A DNA stretch of 64,000 nt from Mantamonas sphyraenae STR306. Its lineage: Eukaryota; Protista; CRuMs. A program made the position numbers and the translations under genes. Positions 1-11,530 of this stretch are shown here, piece after piece. Location of the stretch: the NCBI GenBank assembly GCA_026936335.1, contig JAPMXV010000056.1, positions 62,001 to 126,000 of the forward strand, written 5' to 3'. Numbering within the stretch: position 1 is the first letter of the stretch; each line of letters opens with the position of its first letter. The notes below the pieces were generated by a model. It had not been told where the DNA came from, did not search any database, and saw only the letters and a program-made list of their open reading frames with translations.

Positions 1-1
1 C

Positions 2-652
2 TTGCAATTCAGCTTTGCCCTGATGGTGATCGGGTTGTTGTTTGCCCTTGTCAGCAACTTTTTCCTGTTTGCTGGTCGCCCGAGCATGGAGGTTATCAAG
101 CGAGAAGGGCTGATTGGGCTGTTCAAGGAGATTGGCCGAGGATGGGTGCGCATCTTCATGCTCGCTGCGGGCGTGTGGAACGACAACATGATGAAGGCTT
201 TCCGCGTCGTGCAGCGAGCCAACGCTCTGGTGGATTTCGACCCGGAGGGCGGCACGACACGCCATGAGGAAATCCTTAATGTGACCGGACGCACAAACGG
301 TATGATCTTCCTGCTGCTGCCGGGTTTCGCTTGGTTCGCCAAAACAGCAGAAGTGCTTTCCAGCCCCACCATGTGGAACATGACGACGCGTTTGCGGCTG
401 TCCGAGGAGGCCAAGTGGGTGCGCCCGTTCCAGTGGATCAACAACCTTGTGATCAGCGTGTGCACCCTGCTGACGGCACTGGTGGCGAGCGACGCAATGG
501 TGGTGCTGCTAGTCATCGCCATGCTGCCCACTTTTGGCTACGGCCTGTGGCAAGATCTCATCAAAACACGCGATACAGTCGCCGAAGCTGTCAAGGTGAT
601 GAAAGAGGAGAAGAAGGCCCGAGCAAGCATGCAAGAAGACACTGCAGCGTAG
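2..652 (+). CDS. 3' part of a multi-pass membrane protein of unknown function (5' end outside window)
   Basis: Open frame from the window edge to TAG at 650-652, with several hydrophobic segments (FALMVIGLLFALV, LVISVCTLLTALV, MVVLLVIAMLPTFGYGLW). Confidence 0.65.
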   Translation: MQFSFALMVIGLLFALVSNFFLFAGRPSMEVIKREGLIGLFKEIGRGWVRIFMLAAGVWNDNMMKAFRVVQRANALVDFDPEGGTTRHEEILNVTGRTNGMIFLLLPGFAWFAKTAEVLSSPTMWNMTTRLRLSEEAKWVRPFQWINNLVISVCTLLTALVASDAMVVLLVIAMLPTFGYGLWQDLIKTRDTVAEAVKVMKEEKKARASMQEDTAA

Positions 653-772
653 AAAATGGAATCCAGCATCGTTTCTTCTCGCTCACTCCCTTCATCCAAC
701 ATTGCCGTGCGTTTGATCCTCGTGTCAGCAGTGACGTTTGCATCCGGGCAACTGGCACATGTCTGTTGAAAT

Positions 773-2486
773 TCAAAAGTTCTGGGCCTGCTGCTGGGCA
801 AACGTAAAGCCTACGGCCGCTCCTCCACACAAGCTGAGAGGCCATGCGATGATGATGGGCAGTAGTGCCTCGGTGTAGGAGATATCAAGCCCAGTCTCGA
901 GCTTGAGAGCATAGAGGAGACACGTGAGCGGGCCTGGCACGGCGATGACAAGGAATCCCACACAGCTCTCGAGGCTCCGAAGCCACGCACAGAGCACTTG
1001 TGGCGAGGCCAGGACAAACAACAGAAAGGCTGGAATGCACACATACCAGAAGCTGTTGATGTGGCCGTCCAGGTAGACGGCCAGGACAATGGCAAAGGCG
1101 CCAAACGTTTGCAATGCCAGCCAGTTTGTGCAGTCGCTGAGTACATCATTGATCAGCACCGTGCCCAAAGTTTCAAACCTCTGCGCGGTAAAGGCGGCGG
1201 CAATGAGGCATGTGAAGCAGCACCAAAGACCGAGCCAGATGAACAACGGAACAAACACCTCGCCCCAGGATGCCTGCATGAGGCCATCGGCCTTCAAGGC
1301 GGCCAGCATGGGAAACAGGATGAGCATGGATGCGAAAATGGGTGCGGTGCAGCAGTGGCTGGCAATGCGCGTGCAGTAGCCTGCGCAGTCCTCGTCGGCA
1401 ATCTCCAGCTCCTGCCGCATGAATCCATCCCAAAAGGCAATGAACAAGCAGATTGGCGGTGTGGCAAAAATGTACGTAGGGGTAATGAGGGCGGACCACG
1501 ACGTGTCGCTGAGCACCTCGTTGCCGTCTGCCTTGAGGCCCAGTAGGAGCACTTGCACAAGAGGCAACATGGCATAGCCAAAGAGGAACACGGCAGCACA
1601 AACACTTCCCAGAACCTCAAAGGTGCAGACTCTGTCTGAACACACGCCCAAGCAACGCAGGCAACGAGCACGGGCCGAGTTGTACTCCACCTCGGCGGCG
1701 ACGCGTTCTGCCTCCTCTTCTTCAGCACGCTTCCGGGCCACAAACGCGTCCCGGTAGCGGTGGCGCCAGTTTACAGCGTGGTCAAAGGCAGGATAGTCAA
1801 AAGAGGAGGTGGGCGCGCTGCGGTTGTTGGCGGCGAGAATGTGGCCAATTGCTCCACCCGTGTCCATGGCCTTGAAGGCTTGCGGGTCGGCGGTGCCGTA
1901 CAGCTGCATGAGCAGAGAAATGTCTGCAACAAGCCCCTCATAGGCAGTGTCGTGGTTGGAAGCACTGCCAGGCCCAGATGCGGCCTGATACGGCACGTCG
2001 TTGGAGTATCCAGGCTGCGTGGACGAGCCCGTGTTGGAGCTGCCTGCTGCAGCTGCATCTGCTGGAATCGGCACGACGTTCTCCTCGGCCACAGAGCCAC
2101 GGTTGAGCATGCGGATTACGTACAGGTTGTACCACAGGCGGTTGTCCCAGGAGATGCTGTTGAAGAGTTTGCAGGTCTGCGAGAGGGAGGCCAGATCGCG
2201 GAGCGAGGAGTCGGCGACCTTGTGGGCAATCATGAGGAGAACCTCGGGTGGCAACCAGGCAATGGGACACCGTTCAAAGTCCTGGGTGTCTGTGAGGTCG
2301 AGGGAGGACGTGCTCCAGTACTGCTGCTCCAGCGGGCTTGTGTCGCCGAGCAGAGTCAGACGCGTCGTCTTCGTCGTCTTCGTCGTCGTCGCGGATGCTG
2401 AGGGACACACTGGTGTCGTTGATGGACGCCGAGTTGCCCGCGAGCAAGGGCGTAGAGGAGGAAGAGCGGTGTGTCCTGCCACTCAT
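773..2486 (-). CDS. F-box protein fused to a TMEM185/TMEM60-like multi-pass membrane domain; frame break near 2358
   Basis: F-box motif LPPEVLLMIAHKV...LASLSQTCKLFNSISWDNRLW. Repeated 'LKADG...SW..(L/V)..P' membrane units are typical of TMEM185-family proteins. The likely N-terminus (ATG 2486, MSGRTH...DDDEDDEDDAS) is in a different frame from the body. Confidence 0.7.
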
Positions 2487-2572
2487 GGTCGTCCCTGGGT
2501 GGCTGGGGGGGCGGAATTCGCAGTGGCTTGTGTGGCGCAGGTGAGCCAACCTTTTGCACAGCTACTGTAACC

Positions 2573-4561
2573 ATGCCCAATCGTGGCAAGAAGCTGAGTC
2601 GCAACCAAAAACGTCGATTGCAAAAGAAGCTCAAGAAGCAGGAGGAAGACGTTGCGCGGCAGCTGGAAGCGCAGCGGCAGCTGGCAGCCCTGCAGGAGTC
2701 GATGGATTCACTTGAGAGCGACCACAGGAAGAGTGGGGAGGGCCATGCCACAGAGTTGGGTGCCAAGCCACAGGGAGTGCAGGTTGAATATGTAACGAGT
2801 GAGGTGGAGGTGCCCAAAGAGCTGGCAGATGCGTTTGCGAGCGTTGTGAAGAGCTTTGGCGTCGAGGACGAGGGCGAAACGGAGGTGGGTTGCGCTGCTG
2901 CTGCTGATCGGTCAGCCTGTGTGGGACGGCATGCTCTGCCAAACCGGCTGCGTGTGGGAAATCTTGTACAAGACCCAAAGGATTGGATGGGAAGGGGTGT
3001 TGTTGACGCGAGACACGCTTGTGGTTCAGGGCAGGGTGGGTCGGGCGGAAGACGCGCGCTTTCGTTCATGCACTGACACAGCAACGCGACGGGGAAACCA
3101 CAGAGCACAGAGGCAGGCCGAGGAAAGCGAGAAGAGGAGGAGGAAGACGACGGGAATGCATCGGACATGAGCAATTCGGACGGGGAAGAGGAGGACGGTG
3201 CGTCGAAGAAGCTGTCGAATCGGCAAAAGAAGAAGCTGAGTCGGGCGAGTGTGGGGGAGCTGAAGAAGAAGGTGAGCAAGCCTGAACTGGTGGAATCGTG
3301 GGATGTGGCAGCCAGCGACCCGCTGCTGCTCGTGGAATTGAAGGCACACGAGAACGCAGTGCCTGTGCCGCGGCACTGGAACAACAAGAGCAAGTATCTG
3401 TCGCGCAAACGGGGCTTTGAGAAGGCACCCTTTCAGCTGCCGGACTATATTGTGGCCACGGGAATCACCAAAATGCGAGATGCATTGAACGAGGCACGGG
3501 ATGAGCAGACGTCGAAGCAGAGGCAACGCGATCGGGCACGACCCAAGATGGGACGCATGGAAATCGACTATCAGGTTCTCCACGACGCGTTCTTTCGCTA
3601 TCAAACGAAGCCCAAGCTGACGCACCATGGCGACCTGTACTATGAGGGCAAGGAGCTGGAAGCCAAGGAGCACAAATCGAAACCGGGCGTTCTGAGCGAA
3701 GCGCTGCGCGAGGCTCTGGGCATGGTGGACGGTGCTCCGCCGCCGTGGTTGACCAACCAACAGCGATACGGACCTCCACCGTCGTACCCCAACCTGAAAA
3801 TCCCGGGTGTGAATGCACCGCTGCCACCGGGGGCACAGTGGGGTTTTCACGCAGGTGGCTGGGGGAAGGCACCTGTGGACCACATGGGCAACCCGCTGTA
3901 CGGCAACGTGTTTGCGTCGGCCGACGATGATCTGTACGACGAGCACGTGGACAAGTCCCACTGGGGGGAGCTGGAGGAAGAGGAATGGGAGTCGAGCGAA
4001 GACGAAGACAGTGCAAGCGAGGACGAAGACGAGGACGGCGACCAGGACCAAGAAGAAGCTCAACACGGGGACGACGACGAGGGCGACGAGGACGTAAGTG
4101 GCATGACAAGCACAGGGGCCGCCATGGAGACAGAGGCCGGGTCGTTTGATTTGCGCAAGGCGTCGGTGGCACAGCCTGGCGCAGAGGATGGACCCAAATC
4201 GCTGTACACCGTGCTGGACCAGCAGTCAACCAGAGTGGGCGGTGGATTGATGGGTTCCCAGTTCCAGTACGTCATGCCGAGTGGCGAAACCGGGTCCAGC
4301 AGAGGCAGCCGTAGCGGCGGTGGCCGCTCGGATGGAGTTGTACTCAACCTGGATGAAGAAGATTTGGCCAATCTGGACGAAGCCACCATCAAGAAACGGT
4401 ATGAGGAGCAGATGGCAGCGAATCGAGTTGGCAGCCAGCGCGAGGACCTTTCCGACATGGTGGCTGAGCACATGCGCAGCACCAATGCAAAGCGCAGGGG
4501 CGATGGAGGGGAAAGGGGTGCAGGCGAGCGTGGAGGCGACAAGAGGAGGCGTGTGGAGTGA
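2573..4561 (+). CDS. SF3B2: Splicing factor 3B subunit 2 (SAP145/Cus1)
   Basis: Motifs VPVPRHW..K.KYL..KRG.EK.PF.LP, IDYQVLHDAFF and PPPWL..QQRYGPPPSYPNLKIPG. Intron 2885-3103 (GTGGGT...CTGAC...CAG) joins in phase 0. Confidence 0.95.
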
Positions 4562-4591
4562 CAGCATCTCCAAAGAAAGTTCGAGTCAAAC

Positions 4592-5422
4592 TCATTGCGG
4601 CAACAACTCAATCCCATCGTCTTCAGTGCCCTCGTCAGTGTCCACAAGCGGCGATGATGGCGATGATGACTGTGTGACCTGCTCCTCGTCCATCTGGTCC
4701 TCCGACGGGTCGTCTTCCATGGCTGCAATCTCCTGGCCGAGGGTGCTGAGGAAGGAGCCCAGCAACTGACGCTGCTCTTGATTCAAAGCAGCCGCCAACC
4801 GACGCGCCTGGTCGTCCACGTCAATGATCAAGGCGTCCAGCATGGCTTCGGCTCGGTCTTGGATGTTCTTGGACATGTGCAACTGCAGGGTTTGCTTGAG
4901 AAGTTTGTCCGACGTCAAATCGGCCGCGTACAGGCCATGACTCGATGAAAGGGCGACCAGACGATCTGAATCTGGATGTTGCAGGAGAACAGAGCACACT
5001 TCGGCATCGCCAGCCTGGGCAGCCAGGTGCAACGCAGTGAGGCCTTCCGGAACACTTTGCAGCAGCACCTCCGCACCGCCATCCAGCAGCACTTGGACCA
5101 GCTCTGTGTTGTGCATGCCCGCTGCCAGGTGCAAAGCTGTGGCTCCGTCTGGAGACTGAACATTCGGGTCTGCCCCGTTTTCCAGCAGCCATTTTGCGGC
5201 TGCAACCTGGCCCTCTGCGCAGGCGTGCATCAGCGGCGTCCACTGCGGATCCTGCAAATCCAGCACATTTCCGTTAAGGATCTTTGCGTCCTGACCCTCC
5301 GCCATGGCCAGGGCCTCGGCAAGCAGCTCAGCAAGCGAGTCCACGTCGTCTTTGGCCGCGGCTCGACCCATTCGACCAGCCAGCTGTTCCGTCTGGCTTG
5401 GCTCTGAGATGATGTTTCCCAT
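4592..5422 (-). CDS. Ankyrin-repeat protein with a possible N-myristoylation site
   Basis: Ankyrin repeats TPLMHAC, TALHLAA (twice) and GADPN; N-terminus MGNIIS fits MGxxxS. Confidence 0.85.
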   Translation of the reverse strand: MGNIISEPSQTEQLAGRMGRAAAKDDVDSLAELLAEALAMAEGQDAKILNGNVLDLQDPQWTPLMHACAEGQVAAAKWLLENGADPNVQSPDGATALHLAAGMHNTELVQVLLDGGAEVLLQSVPEGLTALHLAAQAGDAEVCSVLLQHPDSDRLVALSSSHGLYAADLTSDKLLKQTLQLHMSKNIQDRAEAMLDALIIDVDDQARRLAAALNQEQRQLLGSFLSTLGQEIAAMEDDPSEDQMDEEQVTQSSSPSSPLVDTDEGTEDDGIELLPQ

Positions 5423-5479
5423 GAGAACGAGACAGAGACAAGGGAAGGGAAAGTGTGTGCGCGTGTGTGTTGGATTGCT

Positions 5480-7252
5480 TCATTCGGCGCCGCCGCCGCT
5501 GCTGCTGCTGCCACCGCTGTTGCTTCCGCCGCTCAGAGGAGTTTGCAACAGAGGTGACAGCCGACTATTCGACGCCGCACCTGCAATCTTCCGCCCCGCT
5601 GTGGCATCCAGCGAACGCTTGCGCCGATGTGTGGACCGTTTTCGTCCGCTGTTGCTCTCCTTCTGTTCCTTGTGTTCCGCCTCCAGCTGGTCCAGGTAGC
5701 CTGTGGAGCTTGTACGTGCCATGGGCGACCCGTTGCCATCGCTGCCGTCACTGCTGCTGTCTCCTGTGCTCCTCTTTGCCCGTCCACTGGTGCTGGTCGA
5801 GCGTTTCCTGCGCCCCGGCGCCGGCACCTGCACGTTCACACTAGGAATCCCGAGGCGAAACTCGTCGTTCAGCGACACGCCACTGCCCGGTGCATTGGAA
5901 CCCGACGACTGTGTGCGTCGGTGTCCCTTGCTGCCTCCTCCGCTGTTGTTGCCGCCGCCGCCACTGCTGCCACTGCTGTTGCTGCTGCTGCTGCTGTTTG
6001 CGCTGCCGAGTGCACCCGAGGGGTTGGGCGACGTACGACTGCCCAGCTTCGGCGTCACAATCGGCGACTGTGGATTCTCATTGATGGGCTCCAATGTTCC
6101 AATTGCCTTTTCCTTGCCATCGCTGGCCCGCCGTGTGCGCCGACCAGACACCGTACCTCCGGGCGAGCCTCCCGATGATGAACGCGCCATACCCAACACA
6201 GTGGATCCCAGATCTCCTCCCTGTGGTCGCCTGTGTGCCGAACTGGCCGATCTGCGATGACCCCTCCTGCGTCCGCCCTCCTTTTTGGCCTTGCTTCCCG
6301 CGCCGTTCCCTCCACCTCCGTGTCCGCTACTTCCACTGCTGCTGCTGCCCGTTCCTCCGTTGGCTCCTCCTCCTCCTCCTCCTCCACCACCACCACCACT
6401 CCCACTCCTGTTCCTTCCTCCACTGCTCCTGTTGGATTCCTTGCTGCTTTGGACGTTGAGGCGATAGGAGTCGGAACGCGTTCGCCGGTGGCCCTTTTTG
6501 CGTCGGCTGCTGACTTCCTCGCCCGCTTGTGCGTCGCCACCGCTGCGTGACGCCTGGTTGAGTGCCTTGTGATGGTTGTTCAGGCGTGATTTGTGTGCCT
6601 GGTACTTGACATCGACGTGCTGCGACACATGCAGCAGATCGCGCAACTCGCCGCCCATGCCTGTGATCAGGTCGGCGTCGCTGCAGTCCCTGTTCCACAC
6701 CGCCAGCCGGAAGTGGTTTGGCCTGCGGCTCAGCACAATGCCCACCACTTCGTCGCTATAGTCCAGGGCTTCGCCAATGAGAGCCAACACCACCTCAAAC
6801 CAGATGGAAGGCGCATCGGCCGCCGCAATGTTGAACACCCACTTGCCGCCGTCGATGTTTTTCTCATGCTCCCACACGGGAGGGAATCCCTTTTTGAACA
6901 TCCGCAGGCTTGCTTTGTTTTCCATGGTGCTCACATCCACCAGATTGTTCCAGTACCTCCAGAACGCCTGGATGGTCCCAAACGAGCCCAGATCCTCGAG
7001 GGAGTCTTCCCAACTCTCGGTGCTTTGGCCCGTCGGCTGTCCGTCGTCAAACAGCCACCTCCATTCGTGCTCCAGCTGAATTTCCCGTGTACCCTTTGCG
7101 TTCTCTTTGCCGTAGCCATCCTCGCTGCTGTTGCTGCTACTTGTTGTCGACTGAGAGTGCCTCTTGCTCGAGCCACCTTGCTCCGTCTCACTGCCGCTGT
7201 CCAGCTCGTCCGCCCACGACGCAGCCACAGAATCTGTGCCCCACCCGTCCAT
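5480..7252 (-). CDS. eIF4E: eIF4E-family cap-binding protein with a long Gly/Ser/Arg-rich C-terminal extension
   Basis: Motifs FGTIQAFWRYWN, MFKKGFPPVWEHEKNIDGGKW, WFEVVLALIGE and LAVWNRD. Start assumed at MDGWG (7252). Confidence 0.9.
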   Translation of the reverse strand: MDGWGTDSVAASWADELDSGSETEQGGSSKRHSQSTTSSSNSSEDGYGKENAKGTREIQLEHEWRWLFDDGQPTGQSTESWEDSLEDLGSFGTIQAFWRYWNNLVDVSTMENKASLRMFKKGFPPVWEHEKNIDGGKWVFNIAAADAPSIWFEVVLALIGEALDYSDEVVGIVLSRRPNHFRLAVWNRDCSDADLITGMGGELRDLLHVSQHVDVKYQAHKSRLNNHHKALNQASRSGGDAQAGEEVSSRRKKGHRRTRSDSYRLNVQSSKESNRSSGGRNRSGSGGGGGGGGGGGANGGTGSSSSGSSGHGGGGNGAGSKAKKEGGRRRGHRRSASSAHRRPQGGDLGSTVLGMARSSSGGSPGGTVSGRRTRRASDGKEKAIGTLEPINENPQSPIVTPKLGSRTSPNPSGALGSANSSSSSNSSGSSGGGGNNSGGGSKGHRRTQSSGSNAPGSGVSLNDEFRLGIPSVNVQVPAPGRRKRSTSTSGRAKRSTGDSSSDGSDGNGSPMARTSSTGYLDQLEAEHKEQKESNSGRKRSTHRRKRSLDATAGRKIAGAASNSRLSPLLQTPLSGGSNSGGSSSSGGGAE

Positions 7253-7445
7253 GTCACACGACAATGATGTGGCAGTGATTGCACTTGCGCCCGATTTCTT
7301 TTGCCTGTGCTGGCGGAACCGGAGCGTGTGTCGCACCATGACGACAAACTGTGCTGACATTCATTGCAGCTCTGGCACAGGATGCATCTGTGTCGTCCTC
7401 GCTCACCCCCTAGCATCCCACCACCTCCCATGCAGCTCGCCATCA

Positions 7446-8217
7446 TCATTCGTCCAAGGTCGCATCCTCAAACGCTATTCGCAGCTCCAGCATCAACTCG
7501 TTGATGTTGTCGATAGTCTCTCGCACCTGCTTCTCCATTTCAACAATGTCCTTATGCACAAAGATTGGCCTGTCTTCGTGTCCCGACACGAACTGGACCA
7601 GATCTTCCTCTTCGTCTAGTTCCACTTGCTTTTCCAGTTCCCGTTGCTTCTCGCCTTGTTCATCCGCGCTCCCAGACGATGAAGAAGACACCGACTCGGT
7701 GTGAGCCTCGTTCACACCGTGTTTGTGCTCGCCGTGCCGTCCCTGAGCCGAGCGTGCTTGCGCTTGCAAATTCCGCTTCAGTTGACGTTGCACCTGCACT
7801 TGATACGCATTTGACTTTGCCATGTGCATCGTTGCAGTCTATCACCGCCATCCAGCACGTTGCTACCACACGTGAGTTTCCCGAGAAGAGTGCGCTGAGT
7901 TCCACCCGCCGTCAACGTACCAAGTTCAACTTGCGCTCTTCCGCCTGCTGCAGCTGCTCCACCAGTTTCAGGAGCATACTGGCGTTCTCACTGACGCTAC
8001 TTTTCTCTCCAAGTGTCATTTCCTTCTTGATTTCAGCCACTACGTCCAGCACCGAGCGCGACGCCTCTTGGAAGTCCTGCGTGACGTTGGCGACCGCGTC
8101 CCTGTATGCCTGCTGATCCCCATGCACCAACAGCGGCCCCAGTGCCGCATCAAAGGTTTGGTAGGCAACAGCTCTGTTTTCTTGTGCGTCAAACAAGCGC
8201 TTGCGCAACAAATCCAT
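7446..8217 (-). CDS. REX1-B / C19orf60-like protein
   Basis: Q.NRAVAY..FD, VTQDFQEAS and LQQAEERKL.LT pattern, plus a C-terminal INELMLELR helix. Intron 7920-7839 is in phase 0. Confidence 0.75.
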
Positions 8218-8235
8218 CCTTTCCTTTTGGCAGCG

Positions 8236-11200
8236 ATGGCGACCCGGAGCACCACGAGAAGCAAATCATGGACGCCCGCAAACAACGTGGGCATGTCTCC
8301 CGGCATGGACAGCAGCATGATTGTCTCCCCGGCTGCCCTGCACAGCACAGGGCGGGGCAATCGACGACGCTTGCGTAGGGACAGCCTGGATAGCCAGGAC
8401 AGCGCAAGCTTTGCAGACGACAACCGCCGTGTGCAGCGCACCCCGGGTGGTGGCCTGCGTTCCCTCAAGTCCAAGCGCAGCAGCAAGAGCCTAGGAGCAA
8501 AGCCAAGCAGTGGCAGACGATGACCACGACGACGACGACGAAGACGAAGACGAAGACGAGATGCAGACACAGGTTGCAACAAAGTCCACCACTTCGCGTC
8601 GCAAGAGCACAAGGCGTCGTGGGAAACCGCAGTCGGCACACAAGCCACGATCCATCAACGCCAGTCTGATGGCCAGTGCCAGCAATGCAACCCAACTGCA
8701 GCTGCAAGACGACGAAAGCGAAAGCGAAAGTGTGAACGCGAGCCAAGGCGGCAGCCCAAACGCTTTCGATGCAGACATGGGCATGGATGTCGATCTCGGG
8801 AGCGTGGTGGACGGATTCGACGATTCAGCCTCGGTTTCCTCCGCCACGTCTGCCTCATCGGTGTCCTCCACGTCCAGCAGAGGCTCACGGCGGTCGGCAC
8901 GGTTGGCGGCAGAAGAGACACAGCAGGAGACCGCACGAGACACGGTGGCCACACAAAAGCAACGGAGCACACGGGGAAAGGCGCGCACCAGGAAGACTGG
9001 TGGCACACGAGGGGCTCGTGGCCAGGCCAGCACGGCCACATCGTCCATGCTGAGCAGGAAACCCGGCACCAAGAAATCGCGCGCGCAAAAAAGCAAACGT
9101 GCCGAGGTGGAGGAAGAAGAAGAGGAGATGCAGGCAGAACAGGCAGAAACGGACCGATGGAACCAGGCTGACTCGGATTCGGGCCTGAACCAGGAAGATG
9201 CTGCGCAGGGAAGGAGGAGGAGCAGCGAGATGCTGCACAACACAGTGAGCCGACCAGGCGGATTTGCACGACTGACAGCCACAAAGACGCCCAAGCGACG
9301 CAAGCGCACCGGTGCAGGCAGCAACGCACGCGTAGACCCTCTTCTCGACCAATTGTACACACAAAAAGGGCGATGGGCCAAGGCCAGCCTGCTGGACCGT
9401 TGCGAGTTGCTGCGTGAGCTACGCGAAAGCTTTGCCGACGTCAGCGAGACGGTGAGTGGAAGCCACGCAGCCAGGCAGTGTACACACACGAGGCATGCTC
9501 ACACACACACACACACACACACCACATACACACACACACACACGCATACAGTGGGCCACGGCTTTGTGCAAACACCACGGTGTCGACGAGACGCACGAAC
9601 ACTATGAACGTTGCATGGCCGAGGTGTATGGCATGCAGATGCTGCCTGTGGTGCGATTGATCAACCAGTATGTGGATGTTTTGGAGAGTGGCTTGGAGTG
9701 CGAACGCAGAGCCCAACCGGTCTCGTTCAACTCATCGGCTGCAGCACGCCAATCCGAAACTCTGGACAACGGTCAGGTGCGTGTCAGTCCACACGGACGT
9801 GGCGACAATGTGGTTACCCAATGGCTGCGCACAAATGTTCAATGGGGCGGCACAGAGACGGAGTTGCGCCTGCTGCCCGGCTGCACAAAGAGTCAAGCCA
9901 GCGTGTACTGCCACACGCAACCCACTCTGACCCAACCCAGCTCGGGCGACGTGGTCCAACTTGTTGCCCCCAACGCCCCGTCGCGCTCTTCAGGCGTCGC
10001 CATCCTCATCAACCGCGCTGTCAACCACACCCTCGTTGTCCTCGACGTGTTGCGCAAGCTGTTTGTCGAAAACCAGGTCGTGCTCGTGTGCTTTGACGAA
10101 TCTACCCTCCCTTCCCAACCCTATTTCGAGCAGATGCTGCAACCTCTGGTGGACAACGCCCTGGTGCTCACGTGTGCGATCAGTCCCTCCTCATCCTCGT
10201 TGTCGACCACGTCCACACACTCCATCCGAGATTCCGACCTTGCGTACGTGTGTGCACACGAGTGTGTGGCCAGCGTACACCTGAGTGGAGGCTCAGCCGA
10301 GCAACACGACACCCTTGTGTGGGGCAAGACTGCTCATTGGCAAGAGGTGCACAAGGAGGCGCACGAGCCCGTTCTCAAGTGCACCCTCAGCAGCATCCTG
10401 GAGACAAACGCACCCATTGTCATTGTGCCCGGCGGTTGGAGTGCGGACGAGGTGCGGGAGATGGCCTGCAATGTCGCTGCCGGCATCGTCGCAGGCTTCA
10501 GCTCCCGCATCGTGGGCCCGTCCTTCATCCTTTCGCCCGTCGACTGGGAACTGCGTTCGCTCTTCTTTGGTGAGCTGGAGTACTGGCTCAGTCAGGTCGA
10601 CAACCAGCCCAGCCTGGACGCCCAGGCCGAAGCAGTGTACGCCGACCTCATGCAGCGCTTCCCGAAAACCACCAAGCACCACGTCGACGGAAACGCGGAT
10701 GCTGTTTGCTGGGGCATCATCCCAGAGGTTGATGTAGGCGACCCGCAAACCGTGGCTGCGCTGGCTCAACTGTGGCGTGTGCCTCTCGTCGCCGACATGC
10801 CCATCACCTCGCACGACGACCTGGCCATTCTCGCCCAACAGAGTGGTCCTTCCGTGCGTGCATCCTCCTCTGCGGCGGCCCACGATGACAAGGACACCGA
10901 GTTGCAGATGCTTGGCGACGCTGTTGCCGGCATGACTTACCTGGAAAACATCGTCTGGGCCTGCAACGAACAGCTCGACTGCAGCGCTGCCGTTGCCGTG
11001 TGGGTACACCCGTTGGTGGAAGAACAGTCAGGCTTCGCTGTCGAAACCCTGCTCAACCATCTGCGATTCTCCACCATCGTTGTCAACGACAGCGTGCACC
11101 TCGGCCACATCATGCAGAGTGCCGTCCTCGGTGGCTATTGTGGGCGCACGAGCGTCGACCACGTCCACGGAGGCGGTGCTTCTTCTCGCCACAACGGCTT

Positions 11201-11393
11201 CATGTTTGACTTTCCCGAGAAGGCCATTGTCAGGAGCCCTCTTGTCACCGGCGCCCAACAGGCCTTTTGGCGCAGCCCTGTCAGCAACGCAGATGCCCTC
11301 GCGCACGTCCGTGGCCTTGTCGATGCTGAGCTCCAGGACGGCATGGCCGGTCTCATCGGTCTGGCTGTTTCCTGGTTGGGACTGGGAATGTGA
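8236..11393 (+). CDS. Aldehyde-dehydrogenase-fold protein, probably inactive, with a ~400-aa disordered N-terminus; frame break near 8505
   Basis: Intron 9452-9551. ALDH-like segments VHLSGGSAEQHD.LVWG, PIVIVPGGWS, LRFSTIVVN and HNGFMFDFPEKAIVRSP. The start codon is uncertain. Confidence 0.7.
9499..9543 (+). repeat. (CA)n microsatellite in an intron (similar tracts near 19228-19243 and 20417-20438)
   Basis: Direct inspection of the sequence. Confidence 0.85.
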
Positions 11394-11530
11394 GCAGAGC
11401 GGAGCCAACAAAACCAACTTGCACGTTTCACCCACACACACACGCAATTGTGCCCATGCATGCACCACAACTGACACGGTCCAACCCACCGCCTTTCCGG
11501 ATTGCACGCTTGGTGTTCCCCGTTGCACAG

